A stretch of DNA of 64,000 bases, from NCBI GenBank assembly GCA_029066845.1, contig JAIEFR010000017.1, forward strand, positions 56,805-120,804, in the 5' to 3' direction. The notes under the pieces were generated by a model. It saw only the letters and a list, made by a program, of their open reading frames with translations. It made no database searches and had not been told where the DNA came from. Positions within the stretch are counted from its first letter, which is position 1. Each line of letters opens with the position of its first letter. The DNA is from Clostridia bacterium (GTDB taxonomy: Bacteria > Bacillota > Clostridia > Christensenellales > Borkfalkiaceae). Shown here piece by piece: positions 44,632 through 54,008 of this stretch. A program made the translations under genes and the position numbers.

Positions 44632-46606
44632 CGAATTTACCGACGAAATCGCCGTAACCGACAGCGCCACCGAAAACGTTACCGAAAACGTTGAAGAGAG
44701 CGTTGTAGAAGAAACGGCAGTGGTTGACGTACAGGAAAGAAAAAACAAGTCTAAAAAGATAACCGTCCTGGTTACCTATTTAATCACCGTAGTTTGCCTT
44801 CTTGCGGGACTGCTTGTTCCGCTTTTCAACTGGGGCTTCGGAGATTTATCGGAGAGGATGTTACTCAGATACCTCCCTTCGATGCTTGACAACGTGCTTG
44901 CACCCTTTGCTAAAAAACAGCTTATTCCCGCAAGCATTCCCTGGTTCATAAACGTCTACACGGGCAAGTTTGATATAGCTTCGCTTACCTGCGTTCTCTA
45001 CGCTCTTCTGTGCGTGGTTTCGCTGTTTATGATTATACCCGTTTGCCTGGGTAAAAAGCACAAGAAAACGAGTGTGAAGTGCGCGCTTGCAATAGAGATT
45101 TGCGCGATTATCATCACCGCAGTTTATATTGTTTACCTCACCTATTTCGTTTCGCTGGCTACTGGCGGCGCAAGATGGTCGTGGAACAATTTCAATATGC
45201 TTATACCCCTCGGCGGCGCGCTTATTGCGGCTATTATCCAGTCCGTACTGACCAAGGGAAGCCTGGGCGTTTCCAAGACAATCGGCGCGATACTTTCCAC
45301 GCTTGCCGTAATAAGCATACTGGACGTTGCGGTATTCGTCGGCTTGCTCGGCAACCCTCTGGACAACCTGTCGCTTAAACTTAAGAGCGGCGTTCAGGCG
45401 GCGTTCTTCAGCGGCATATCCCTTCCCACCGGAATGGGCATTGACGGCGTAGGAATTCTTTACGCTATAAAGGACGCGGCGGGAACGGTGTTCGGTTCCG
45501 GCGCGTATATCGGAACGCTTTACGTTCTTATAATTCTTATATCGATACTCGTTCTGTTGAATTTCGTATGCGACGCAATCGGACTTGCAGTCGGCGCGAA
45601 ATACAAGAAGGACGGTTTACCCGCACGCAACGCAGGACTGAATATATTCGCACTCGTAAGATACGGCGCGACCTTGGTATTCGCCGCACTGCTTATAATT
45701 CTTGGTATAATGAAGCAGGGCGTAACGCCCGGCATCTACCTCTACCTGCTTGCAGCTTTAATGCTGTTTGCGCTTATCAACGCTGTTGTTCGCACCGTAG
45801 TTGAATTTGCAAGAGCAAAGAAGTGCGCGACCAACGTTGAAGAAATTGAAAACTCTACGGTTGCCGACCCCGGTTTCGAGCCCCAGCCCGACGAGGCGGA
45901 AGCCGTATACGCACAGCCCGCTTACGAACCTGTATACGAGCAACCCGCTTACGAACAGCCTGTTGCAGAACAACAGCCCGTTTATGAACAGCCCGCATAC
46001 CAGCAGCCTGTTGAACAGCAGCCCGTATACGAACAGCCCGCGGCTGAACAACCTGTATACCAGCAAACCGTATACGAACAGCCCACTTACGAGCAGCCTC
46101 AGTATCAGCAGCCCGCATACGAACAGCCTACGTTTGACCGTTCGGCATACGACCGCTCTGCTTATGACCGCTCCGCATACGAGCGTTCTCCCTACGACAG
46201 GTCTTCTCTGTACAGACAACCTGCATACGACCAGCCCACCTTTGAGGACTATGAACCCGAAGAAGAGCCTCTGCCCGAGGAGCCAGTAAAGGAAGAGCCC
46301 GTTGCGGCTAAGGCGAAGGAAACCAAGGCGGCTGAAAAACCTGCTCCCGCACCCGTACCCGAAACCATATACGTGTACAGCGGCGATACCGACGAATTCC
46401 TTGAAACGCTTACCGATAAGGAAAAGGTTGAATTCGTTGAAGTATTCATTAAAAAGAGCAAGGGCACTGTAAACGGCGTTCCCGATTACCACATCAAGGG
46501 CGACAATGCAGACTTCTTCCCCGCGGTGTTCGTACACATCAACAGATACCGCGACAAGCTGTCCGACGCGCTTATGGGCAAGATGTACAAGCAGCTTGGC
46601 AGATAA
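44632..46606 (+). CDS. Polytopic membrane protein with long Tyr/Glu/Gln/Pro tandem-repeat cytoplasmic or extracellular tail
   Basis: About 657 aa from ATG 44632 (alternative ATG at 44594). About 9-10 TM segments, then YEQPAYEQPV-type repeats, DRSAY repeats and an acidic/Pro-rich segment. Confidence 0.7.
45903..46245 (+). repeat. In-frame short tandem repeats (about 12-15 nt units) encoding (Y-E/Q-Q-P)n and (DRSAY)n
   Basis: Visible reiteration of tacgaacagccc / tatgaacagccc units and of gaccgctc(t/c)gc(t/a)ta. Confidence 0.75.
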
Positions 46607-46623
46607 TTGAATACAAATTAAAA

Positions 46624-46661
46624 CGTCCGCGCGGTTGATGCCGCGCGGACGAATTTTTTTT
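46624..46661 (+). terminator. Rho-independent terminator
   Basis: cgtccgcgcgg-ttgatg-ccgcgcggacg followed by T8. Confidence 0.85.
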
Positions 46662-46669
46662 GTACACTA

Positions 46670-47035
46670 TTATTTTTTGGTTGATATTTTTACGGTAACG
46701 TTGCCGCCCTTAATCTTTACGTTGCCGTTCGAAAGAGCGTTGACGATATACAGTCCCCTACCGCTCTCCGCAAGTACACCGGGCAAGTCGGGCACGGATA
46801 TTTCGCCGACAGGTGACGAGGCGCGTACGGTTATGGTTATTTCGCCGTCGGACAGTATACCCGAAAACAGAGCCGAACAGCCGCAGTGCCTTATCACGTT
46901 GGTTATCAGCTCGCACGAAACAAGACGGCTGTCAAACACAGCGTCGGCGTCCACACCGCTCCCCTCCAGATATTCGATAAACCGCCACAGTTCGGCGTTC
47001 ATCTCGTTGATGTCGTCGATTTCGAAAGTAATCAC
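46670..47035 (-). CDS. Anti-sigma factor / serine kinase-like protein (RsbW/SpoIIAB family, short)
   Basis: 121 aa. N-box CELITNVIRH and ESGRGLYIV (G2-like). 4-nt overlap with the sigma gene. Confidence 0.65.
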   Translation of the reverse strand: MITFEIDDINEMNAELWRFIEYLEGSGVDADAVFDSRLVSCELITNVIRHCGCSALFSGILSDGEITITVRASSPVGEISVPDLPGVLAESGRGLYIVNALSNGNVKIKGGNVTVKISTKK

Positions 47036-47757
47036 TTGGACAACGCCTCCCTCAGTTTTTCTATTATTTTGTGCTCCGCGCGCGAAACGAACATCTGGCT
47101 TACGCCCAGAATTTTGCCCGCCTCCGCCTGGGATTTGCCCTGTATGTAGCGCAGTGCGACTACCTCCCTCTCTATCGGGCTGAGCTTTGCTATCTCCGTC
47201 TTTAACGACTCGTTGTCTTCAAAGCTTTCGAAGGAGTTGCGGCCGTCAGCTATGACTTCGTAAAGGGGAACATCGTTATCCTCCCCTTTGACCGTGGAAT
47301 CGAGGCTGACGGGAGCGCGGCACTCCATCGCTTCCAGAATTGTTTCCTCGCTCTCACCCAGCTGTTCGGAGAGCTGCTTGACGGTAGGCTTTACGCCGTT
47401 GACCTTATAAAACTCGTTTACCGCCTCTTTGACCTTTGCGCTGAGCGCGTACAGTTTACGGGGCACGCGTACCGAGCGGGAATAGTCGCGGAAATAGTTG
47501 CGTATACAGCCCGTAATCGTGGGCGTTACGTATGTAGAGAACATATAGCCGAGGTCGGGGTCGAATTTCTCCACACCCGAAATAAGGGCCTCGGAAGCAA
47601 TCTGCAACAAATCGTCGTAGTCCACTCCGCGCCCCGCAAATTTTTTGGCCAATATCTGCGCCACGTACATATAGTTTTCGATAAGCTCGTTCCTTATAGC
47701 TTTGTCGCCCGTCTTACGGTACTCACGGAAGAGCTCGTTTGCTCTTTCGTTGGTCAT
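47032..47757 (-). CDS. Group-3 sigma-70 family factor (SigB/SigF-like)
   Basis: 241 aa. Region 2 (DDLLQIASEALISGVEKFD, FSTYVTPTITGCIRNYFRD), region 3, region 4 HTH (SQAEAGKILGVSQMFVSRAEHK). Confidence 0.9.
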   Translation of the reverse strand: MTNERANELFREYRKTGDKAIRNELIENYMYVAQILAKKFAGRGVDYDDLLQIASEALISGVEKFDPDLGYMFSTYVTPTITGCIRNYFRDYSRSVRVPRKLYALSAKVKEAVNEFYKVNGVKPTVKQLSEQLGESEETILEAMECRAPVSLDSTVKGEDNDVPLYEVIADGRNSFESFEDNESLKTEIAKLSPIEREVVALRYIQGKSQAEAGKILGVSQMFVSRAEHKIIEKLREALSK

Positions 47758-48101
47758 AAAGTCAAAACAAGTCCCGATATAACGCCGTCGCTCTCTTCCA
47801 GCGTGCAGTTATAAACCAGTGCCGAAATGAGCGCAAGCGAAAATTCGTTGTCGCTGCTTACGGGCGTTCCGCCCTCTCCCCTCACGGTTGCGTGCACGCC
47901 GTCCTTACAGTTGAGAGTTATCTTTACGCTTTTAAAGCCGCACGCCTTTAAGATAAGACAGCTTTCCGTAACGCAGACCTTCATATCCTCCGCGCCGTCC
48001 ACGTCGGTATCCGCCGCCGCGCAAACCGCGCCCACCGCAAGGCGGAGCGCCGTCATATATTCGCTGTCGGCAAGATTAAATTCAACCTTAAAGTCCTTCA
48101 T
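47754..48101 (-). CDS. SpoIIAB/RsbW-like protein with degenerate ATP-binding motifs
   Basis: 115 aa. It can be aligned by eye to the SpoIIAB N-terminal half (VEFNL...MKVCVTESCLILKACGF...ATVRGEGG), but the N-box Asn/His are absent and the ATP-lid region is shortened. Confidence 0.45.
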   Translation of the reverse strand: MKDFKVEFNLADSEYMTALRLAVGAVCAAADTDVDGAEDMKVCVTESCLILKACGFKSVKITLNCKDGVHATVRGEGGTPVSSDNEFSLALISALVYNCTLEESDGVISGLVLTL

Positions 48102-48406
48102 TATTCAAACTCCATAATTCTGTCCAGAGCGCAGATTTCGAAAAGCTTTTTAATTCTGGGACGCAAATTTTTGAGTATCAGTCTGTGTCCGTCCGCCTTG
48201 AGATTTTTAAAAATCTTGACGAATGTGCCCAGCGTGGTGCTGTCTATAAATTCCAGCCCCGCGCAGTCGAATACCACGTCCTTTTTGTCGTTTTGGTACA
48301 TTGCGGCAACCTCCGCGTATAAATCCTCGCTGGTCGCACTGTCAATTTCTCCGGTCAGCGCAACCACGAGTTTGTCGTCCGCCGAAACCAATCTTACCTG
48401 CTGCAT
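48101..48406 (-). CDS. STAS-domain anti-anti-sigma factor (SpoIIAA/RsbV-like)
   Basis: 101 aa. GEIDSATSEDL ... LEFIDSTTLG with the conserved phosphorylatable Ser context (DST). Confidence 0.85.
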   Translation of the reverse strand: MQQVRLVSADDKLVVALTGEIDSATSEDLYAEVAAMYQNDKKDVVFDCAGLEFIDSTTLGTFVKIFKNLKADGHRLILKNLRPRIKKLFEICALDRIMEFE

Positions 48407-48602
48407 CGCTTTAATCTCCTGCTATCGTATACTTAATTTATAAACCGGATTTTGAAAAATCAAACCCGTACACAATATTTTAAGTTACCGCGCGCGTTTT
48501 GTCAATAGCGTTTACAACAAATGATAAATGCAAGATTATGCACAAAATTGAAAAAATATTCATTATTTGTTTCCATTTCGGCCGCCGTCCGCGCAAAGCA
48601 AG

Positions 48603-48632
48603 TTGACACGGCTGTGCAACTAATGATATAAT
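48603..48632 (+). promoter_or_regulatory. Candidate promoter of the citrate synthase gene
   Basis: TTGACA (48603-48608), 18-nt spacer, TATAAT (48627-48632). Confidence 0.5.
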
Positions 48633-48648
48633 AAATAAAATTATTGAA

Positions 48649-50037
48649 TTGGTGACCACTTTGGATTTTAACGAGATTAACCTTATAGTTAAATATTCGC
48701 ATACGATTTCGCGGCTTGCCAACCAGCTTAAGGAGACGGACGACATCCCCCTCGAGCTGTACGAAAAGTACGACGTCAAGCGCGGACTGCGCGACAAGAA
48801 CGGCAAGGGCGTGCTTTGCGGACTGACCGAAATAAGCGAAGTTACCAGCTGGGAAGAAAAGGACGGCGTGAGAACGCCCATTCCCGGCATACTACGCTAC
48901 CGCGGTTACAACGTAAAGGACTTAATATCAAACTGCGTAAAGGAAAACCGCTTCGGATTCGAGGAGACGGTATACCTTCTGCTGTTCGGTAAGCTTCCCA
49001 CGGCGGACGAGCTGGAGTATTTCAGACAGATGCTGTCCGATTTCAGGGTGCTGCCCCGCAATTTCGTGCGCGACGTAATAATGAAATCGCCCAGCAAGGA
49101 TATGATGAATATGCTTTCGCGGTGCGTGCTCAACCTTTACAGCTACGACCCCGACCCCGACAACGTTATGGTAAGCAACGTTTTAAGGCAGAGCTTGCAG
49201 CTCATTGCCGAATTCCCTATGATTGCGGCTTACTCGCACAGGGTCTACAAATACTACAACACGAACGACGGCTCGATGTACATACACAAGCCGATTGCCG
49301 AGTACTCTACCGCGCAGAACATTCTGCACATACTGCGCATTGACAATTCCTTCACCGATCTGGAGGCGAAGGTTCTGGATATATGCCTTATTCTGCACGC
49401 GGACCACGGCGGCGGCAACGCTTCCACCTTCACCACCCACCTTTCCACGTCTACGGGCACCGACACATATTCCTCGGTTGCGGCTTCGCTGGGCTCCCTT
49501 AAAGGTCCCCTGCACGGCGGCGCCAATCTGATGGTTTGCCAGATGTTCGAAAACATAAAGGAAAACCTGAAGGACTGGTCGGAAAGCTCGGTCACCGATT
49601 ACGTGAACAAAATTCTGAACAAGGAAGCTTTCGACAGGACGGGACTCATCTACGGTATGGGTCACGCCGTGTACACCCTTTCCGACCCCAGAATGGAGGT
49701 TCTGAAAGAGTATGCGGGCAGGCTTGCCGTCGAGAAGGGGCGCGAAAAGGAATTCGAGCTTTACAACACCGTTGCGGAATCGGCGGGCAGGCTTATTGCC
49801 GAGCACAAGCACATAAACAAGCCCGTAACGCCCAACGTTGACTTCTATTCGGGATTTGTTTACTCTATGCTCAACCTGCCGCAGAGCCTCTATACGCCGC
49901 TGTTTGCAATTTCCAGAATTGCAGGCTGGTCAGCGCACCGCATAGAGGAGCTGACAAACGGCGGAAAGATTATCCGCCCCGCATATCAATGCGTTCAGCC
50001 CGCGCGCGATTACGTGCCTTTGAAGGACAGACAATAA
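48649..50037 (+). CDS. Citrate synthase
   Basis: 462 aa. YDVKRGLRDKNGKGVLCGLTEIS, HADHGGGNAST and GMGHAVY citrate-synthase motifs. The exact start is uncertain (TTG/GTG, no clear RBS). Confidence 0.88.
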   Translation: MVTTLDFNEINLIVKYSHTISRLANQLKETDDIPLELYEKYDVKRGLRDKNGKGVLCGLTEISEVTSWEEKDGVRTPIPGILRYRGYNVKDLISNCVKENRFGFEETVYLLLFGKLPTADELEYFRQMLSDFRVLPRNFVRDVIMKSPSKDMMNMLSRCVLNLYSYDPDPDNVMVSNVLRQSLQLIAEFPMIAAYSHRVYKYYNTNDGSMYIHKPIAEYSTAQNILHILRIDNSFTDLEAKVLDICLILHADHGGGNASTFTTHLSTSTGTDTYSSVAASLGSLKGPLHGGANLMVCQMFENIKENLKDWSESSVTDYVNKILNKEAFDRTGLIYGMGHAVYTLSDPRMEVLKEYAGRLAVEKGREKEFELYNTVAESAGRLIAEHKHINKPVTPNVDFYSGFVYSMLNLPQSLYTPLFAISRIAGWSAHRIEELTNGGKIIRPAYQCVQPARDYVPLKDRQ

Positions 50038-50049
50038 GCATAATGAATA

Positions 50050-50080
50050 AAGGCGGCTGCCGTTACGGAAGCCGCCTTTT
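50050..50080. terminator. Bidirectional terminator
   Basis: aaggcggct ... agccgcctt followed by TTTT. Confidence 0.7.
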
Positions 50081-50094
50081 ATATTGCTTTTTAT

Positions 50095-50895
50095 TTACGG
50101 TCTTAATCCCATACCGCCCTCTAACGTGAGCGTTTCGCCCGTGAGGTACTTGAAGTCGGGATGGGTAAGCTGAACGCATACCCTGCCGATTTCCTTTTCG
50201 GGATCGCCGTAGTGCCCCATAGGAGGCATCTTGACGTTTGCCTTGAATGCGTCGGGATAATTCTTTTCAAACTGTTCAAGCTGCGCCGTCCAGGCAATGG
50301 GACAGATTACGTTGACGTTTATTCCGTCTTTGCCCCACTCGGTTGCCGCCACGCGCGAAAGTCCGCGTATGCCTTCCTTTGCCGCGGCGTACGCGCATTG
50401 ACCGTAGTTACCGAAAAGTCCCGCACCGCTTGCAAAATTGATTACCGAGCCCTTGCTCTCCTTGAGATAGGGATAGCAGGCCTTCATATAATAGAATGTT
50501 GCGTATAAGCCGCTGTATACCGCCAGGTCGAATTGCTCGGTCGTATGGTCGGCAAGCGTAACGCCCGAAGCCGAAGCCTGCGCGTTGTTTATAAGCACGT
50601 CTATTCCGCCGAACTGTTCCACAGCCGATTTGACTACGCCCTCAACCACTTTAAGGTTGTCCGCACCGGCGTTTACGTCCGCCGAAACAGCCAGAACTTT
50701 GACGCCGTAGTCGCGCTCCAAAGCCGTCTTGGCGTCCTCAAGCTTCTTTACGTTTCTGCCAGTTATAACGAGGTTTGCGCCCTCTTTTGCAAACGCCGTG
50801 GCAATGCCGTAGCCGATTGAGCCGCAGCGACCGTCGCTGAGCGCGGCAAAGCCCGCACCCGTGATAATTACCGTTTTACCCGTTAAAAATCCCAT
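50095..50895 (-). CDS. SDR-family oxidoreductase
   Basis: TGAGFAALSDGRCGSIGYG Rossmann motif and YAAAK catalytic motif. ATG 50895 has a GAGGTG RBS. Confidence 0.85.
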   Translation of the reverse strand: MGFLTGKTVIITGAGFAALSDGRCGSIGYGIATAFAKEGANLVITGRNVKKLEDAKTALERDYGVKVLAVSADVNAGADNLKVVEGVVKSAVEQFGGIDVLINNAQASASGVTLADHTTEQFDLAVYSGLYATFYYMKACYPYLKESKGSVINFASGAGLFGNYGQCAYAAAKEGIRGLSRVAATEWGKDGINVNVICPIAWTAQLEQFEKNYPDAFKANVKMPPMGHYGDPEKEIGRVCVQLTHPDFKYLTGETLTLEGGMGLRP

Positions 50896-50896
50896 A

Positions 50897-51499
50897 TTAA
50901 TCACCTCTGTCGTAATGTCTTTCGATGACCTTGTTTATTTCCTCTATCACCCTTTCCAGCCCCAGGCGCGTCTTTGCGGACGTGGGCACTATTGCGTCCC
51001 TGCCGCAGGTATACGCGGTGGAAAGCGTGGTGAGCGATTTATTTTGTTGCGCCTTCGAAAGCTTATCTGCCTTGGTCGCAATTACGGTGAAAGGAATGAG
51101 GCGCGAATAGAGAAAGTTGACCATAACCTTGTCGCCCGAGGTCGGCTCGTGACGGATGTCGCAAAGCGCGAACACGTGCGCAGGCATACATTCGTCCTTA
51201 AAAAAGTCGTCCAGAAGCTCCGCCCACTTTTCCTTTTCGGTCTTTGAAACCTTTGCGTAGCCGTAGCCGGGCAAGTCGGCGAGAATAAAGTCGCCGAAAT
51301 CAAAGTAGTTTATAAGGCGCGTGCGCCCCGGCTCGCCCGAAACCTTTGCAAGCTTTTTCTGGTTAGCCAGCATATTTATGAACGAGCTTTTGCCTACGTT
51401 GGACTTGCCGCATACGGCAATTATCGGCTTATCAGTTACGATAAACTGCTCCTTGCTTGCAGCGCTTGTTATGAATTTTGCGTTAGTATAAGTTTGCAT
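50897..51499 (-). CDS. engB: Ribosome biogenesis GTPase EngB (YsxC/YihA)
   Basis: 200 aa. GKSNVGKSSFIN, DLPGYG and TKADK G-motifs. Conserved position downstream of lon. Confidence 0.9.
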   Translation of the reverse strand: MQTYTNAKFITSAASKEQFIVTDKPIIAVCGKSNVGKSSFINMLANQKKLAKVSGEPGRTRLINYFDFGDFILADLPGYGYAKVSKTEKEKWAELLDDFFKDECMPAHVFALCDIRHEPTSGDKVMVNFLYSRLIPFTVIATKADKLSKAQQNKSLTTLSTAYTCGRDAIVPTSAKTRLGLERVIEEINKVIERHYDRGD

Positions 51500-51505
51500 A
51501 ATAAA

Positions 51506-53827
51506 TTATATTCCGATTATTGCGTTTTTGAACACGTCGCCCACACTGTCCACGGGAATAAAGTGAACGTTGTCCTTTACCACCTGCGGCACGTCCTCCA
51601 AATCCTTTACGTTGTCCTGTGGAATGATGACGTCGCGCACGCCTATGCGGTACGCCGCAAGTGATTTTTCCTTTAAGCCGCCTATGGGCAGAACCCTGCC
51701 GCGCAAGGTGATTTCACCAGTCATTGCAACGTCGCGGCGGACGGGCTTTTTGGTAAATGCGGACAAAATAGCCGTTGCCATAGTTATGCCCGCGCTCGGT
51801 CCGTCCTTGGGGGTTGCGCCCTCGGGCACGTGAACGTGAATGTCGGTTGAATTGAACTGCTCGTCGCTCAGCCCGAAATCTTCCGCATTGGAACGGATAT
51901 AGCTGATTGCGGCGCGGGCGCTCTCCTTCATAACGTCGCCCAGCTTGCCTGTCAGAGTGACGTCGCCCTTGCCCTGCATTGCGGACACCTCGATGGTCAG
52001 CGTAGTGCCGCCCACCGCCGTCCAGGCAAGACCGGTTGCCGCGCCCACGAGGTTGTTTTTGGGCATTTCGTCGCCGCGGTTATAGCGGGGCGCGCCCAGA
52101 TATTCTTCCACTTTTTCGGCGGTAATCTCGCTACCGCACTCCTCGCCGTTGGCTTTCTTTACGGCAACTTTACGGCATACCGCGTCAATGCGTCTTTCAA
52201 GCGATCTCACACCCGCCTCGCGCGTGTAGCCATCGGCTATCGCGTCGATTGCGCCGTCGGTAAACACCGCTTCGTTCTCTTTAAGTCCGTTGGCTTCGCG
52301 CTTTTTGGGAACGAGATAGCGCTTTGCTATTTCCCGCTTTTCCTCCTGAGTGTAGCCCGAAAGCTCTATGATTTCCATTCTGTCCAGAAGGGGCGCGGGT
52401 ATTGTGGAAAGGTCGTTTGCCGTGGTTATGAACAGCACCTTGGAAAGGTCGTACGGCACTTCCAGATACCTGTCGCGGAAGGTCGAGTTCTGCGCGGGGT
52501 CGAGTACTTCCAGCAGCGCGCTCGAAGGGTCGCCGTGGATACTGTCGGAAGAGAGCTTGTCTATTTCGTCAAGCAGGAACACGGGATTTATCGAGCCTGC
52601 GTTCTTGATTGCCGCGATTATTCTGCCGGGCATTGCGCCTACGTACGTCTTTCTGTGACCGCGGATTTCCGCTTCGTCGCGCACACCGCCCAGACTCATA
52701 CGCACGAAATGCCTGTTCAACGCGCGGGCAACCGAGGTTGCAACCGACGTTTTGCCCACGCCGGGAGGACCGACAAGACACAGTATGGGCGCGTTCATAC
52801 CGTCCGTAAGTTTTAATACGGCAAGGTATTCGGTTATTCTTTCCTTTATTTTTTCCAGACCGTAGTGGTCGGCGTTGAGCACCGCAACCGCGTCCGAAAG
52901 CTTTTCGGTATCCGTAGTCGTCTTGCTCCATTCCAAATCCAGAAGCCAGTCGATATAGTTGCGCAAAACGTTGTAATCGGGGGACGACGTGGGCATACGC
53001 GACATACGCGAAAGCTCTTTAAGCGCCTTGTTTTCCACCTCTTCGGGCATACCCTTTGCCTTTATCGCGTCTTCAAGCTCCAGCTTTTCGTTCTCGTCGT
53101 CGCCGAGCTCCGTATGAATGGCTTTGAGCTGTTCCCTCAGATAAAAGTCCTTTTGCCCCTTTTCTATATTGCGTTTAACCGTTGCCGAAATCTTTTTTTC
53201 CAGCTTGGAAATTTCCAGCTCGTCGTTAAGATAGCGGTACAACATATCGAATTGCTCGCTCAGCTTGTCCGCTTCCAGAATTTTCTGAAGCTTTGCCGCC
53301 GAAAGTTTTATGGTGTTTGCCGCGGTATAGACGAACTCCTCCTTGTCCTCGCCGTTTTTTAAAACGTTTACGACTTCCTCGCCGATAAGCCTGTTGGAAG
53401 GACTTTCTAAAATTTCGGTTATTGCGTACCTCGCACTGCGGAAATACGCCTCCTCAAGCTCGGGTTCGCTCTTGGCGAAGGGGAATTTTTCGCACGTTGC
53501 CTGCAGACAGCCGTCCTCGGCAATTATTTTTTTGACCTTGACGCGGTACAGTCCCTTGCCAGTAACGCGCACGCGGTTGGCGGGCAGATTGGTCACGCGT
53601 GAAATGGAAAAAAGCGTGCCCGTTCTGTAAACGTCGTTTTCGCCCACCTCGTCCTTTTTCTCGTCCTTCTGAGTGACGGCTATGAATAACTTGCCCTTGT
53701 CCAGCGCGCATTTAAGCGCAGCAAGCGTGGAAAGACGACCCGCGTCGAACGACGTCGTCACGCAGGGTAAAGCAACTCTGCCGCGCAGCGTCACCACCGG
53801 ATAAAATTTATTTTCTTCTTCTGACAT
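51506..53827 (-). CDS. lon: ATP-dependent Lon protease
   Basis: 773 aa. LON N-domain, AAA+ GPPGVGKTS, protease PKDGPSAG catalytic Ser motif. Confidence 0.95.
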   Translation of the reverse strand: MSEEENKFYPVVTLRGRVALPCVTTSFDAGRLSTLAALKCALDKGKLFIAVTQKDEKKDEVGENDVYRTGTLFSISRVTNLPANRVRVTGKGLYRVKVKKIIAEDGCLQATCEKFPFAKSEPELEEAYFRSARYAITEILESPSNRLIGEEVVNVLKNGEDKEEFVYTAANTIKLSAAKLQKILEADKLSEQFDMLYRYLNDELEISKLEKKISATVKRNIEKGQKDFYLREQLKAIHTELGDDENEKLELEDAIKAKGMPEEVENKALKELSRMSRMPTSSPDYNVLRNYIDWLLDLEWSKTTTDTEKLSDAVAVLNADHYGLEKIKERITEYLAVLKLTDGMNAPILCLVGPPGVGKTSVATSVARALNRHFVRMSLGGVRDEAEIRGHRKTYVGAMPGRIIAAIKNAGSINPVFLLDEIDKLSSDSIHGDPSSALLEVLDPAQNSTFRDRYLEVPYDLSKVLFITTANDLSTIPAPLLDRMEIIELSGYTQEEKREIAKRYLVPKKREANGLKENEAVFTDGAIDAIADGYTREAGVRSLERRIDAVCRKVAVKKANGEECGSEITAEKVEEYLGAPRYNRGDEMPKNNLVGAATGLAWTAVGGTTLTIEVSAMQGKGDVTLTGKLGDVMKESARAAISYIRSNAEDFGLSDEQFNSTDIHVHVPEGATPKDGPSAGITMATAILSAFTKKPVRRDVAMTGEITLRGRVLPIGGLKEKSLAAYRIGVRDVIIPQDNVKDLEDVPQVVKDNVHFIPVDSVGDVFKNAIIGI

Positions 53828-53842
53828 ACTTTAAACCTCTTT

Positions 53843-53967
53843 ATCCCTCTGTTTAGAAACAAGCAAGACAAGGAGCGTGAGGAAAACCTGAAGGAGTTTA
53901 CAATGAAGTAAATGACTGAAGGTTGCCGCAGCGCGACACAGTATTGCGAAGCTTATAAGCAGAGAAG
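53843..53967. repeat. Copy 1 of a repeated structured element of about 125 nt
   Basis: Shares agcaagacaaggagcgYgag (53862-53881) and cagtattgcgaagcttat (53939-53956) with copy 2 at equal spacing (77 vs 78 nt). Internal hairpin 53896-53913. Outer stem 53847-53855/53956-53964. Confidence 0.7.
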
Positions 53968-53968
53968 T

Positions 53969-53996
53969 CAAAAAGGGGAAGTAGCTTTACTTCCCC
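53969..53996 (-). terminator. Terminator of clpX
   Basis: ggggaagta-gctt-tacttcccc. On the minus strand it is followed by TTTTT. Confidence 0.8.
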
Positions 53997-54008
53997 ACGA
54001 CGATGCAA

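Noticed and set aside
45758-46537. 259-aa minus-strand ORF and other overlapping ORFs across the repeat region
   Set aside because: They are open reading frames generated by the tandem-repeat DNA on all frames. The plus-strand frame is continuous with a credible TM protein.
48633-48661. Possible leaderless or very short-leader, non-ATG start for citrate synthase
   Set aside because: I cannot decide among TTG 48649, GTG 48652 or a downstream codon without homologue alignment or TSS data, so I did not report it as a finding.
48480-48890. 136-aa minus-strand ORF upstream of and overlapping the citrate synthase start
   Set aside because: It overlaps the citrate synthase N-terminus and its promoter. 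It has a Ser/Leu-rich odd composition and no RBS.
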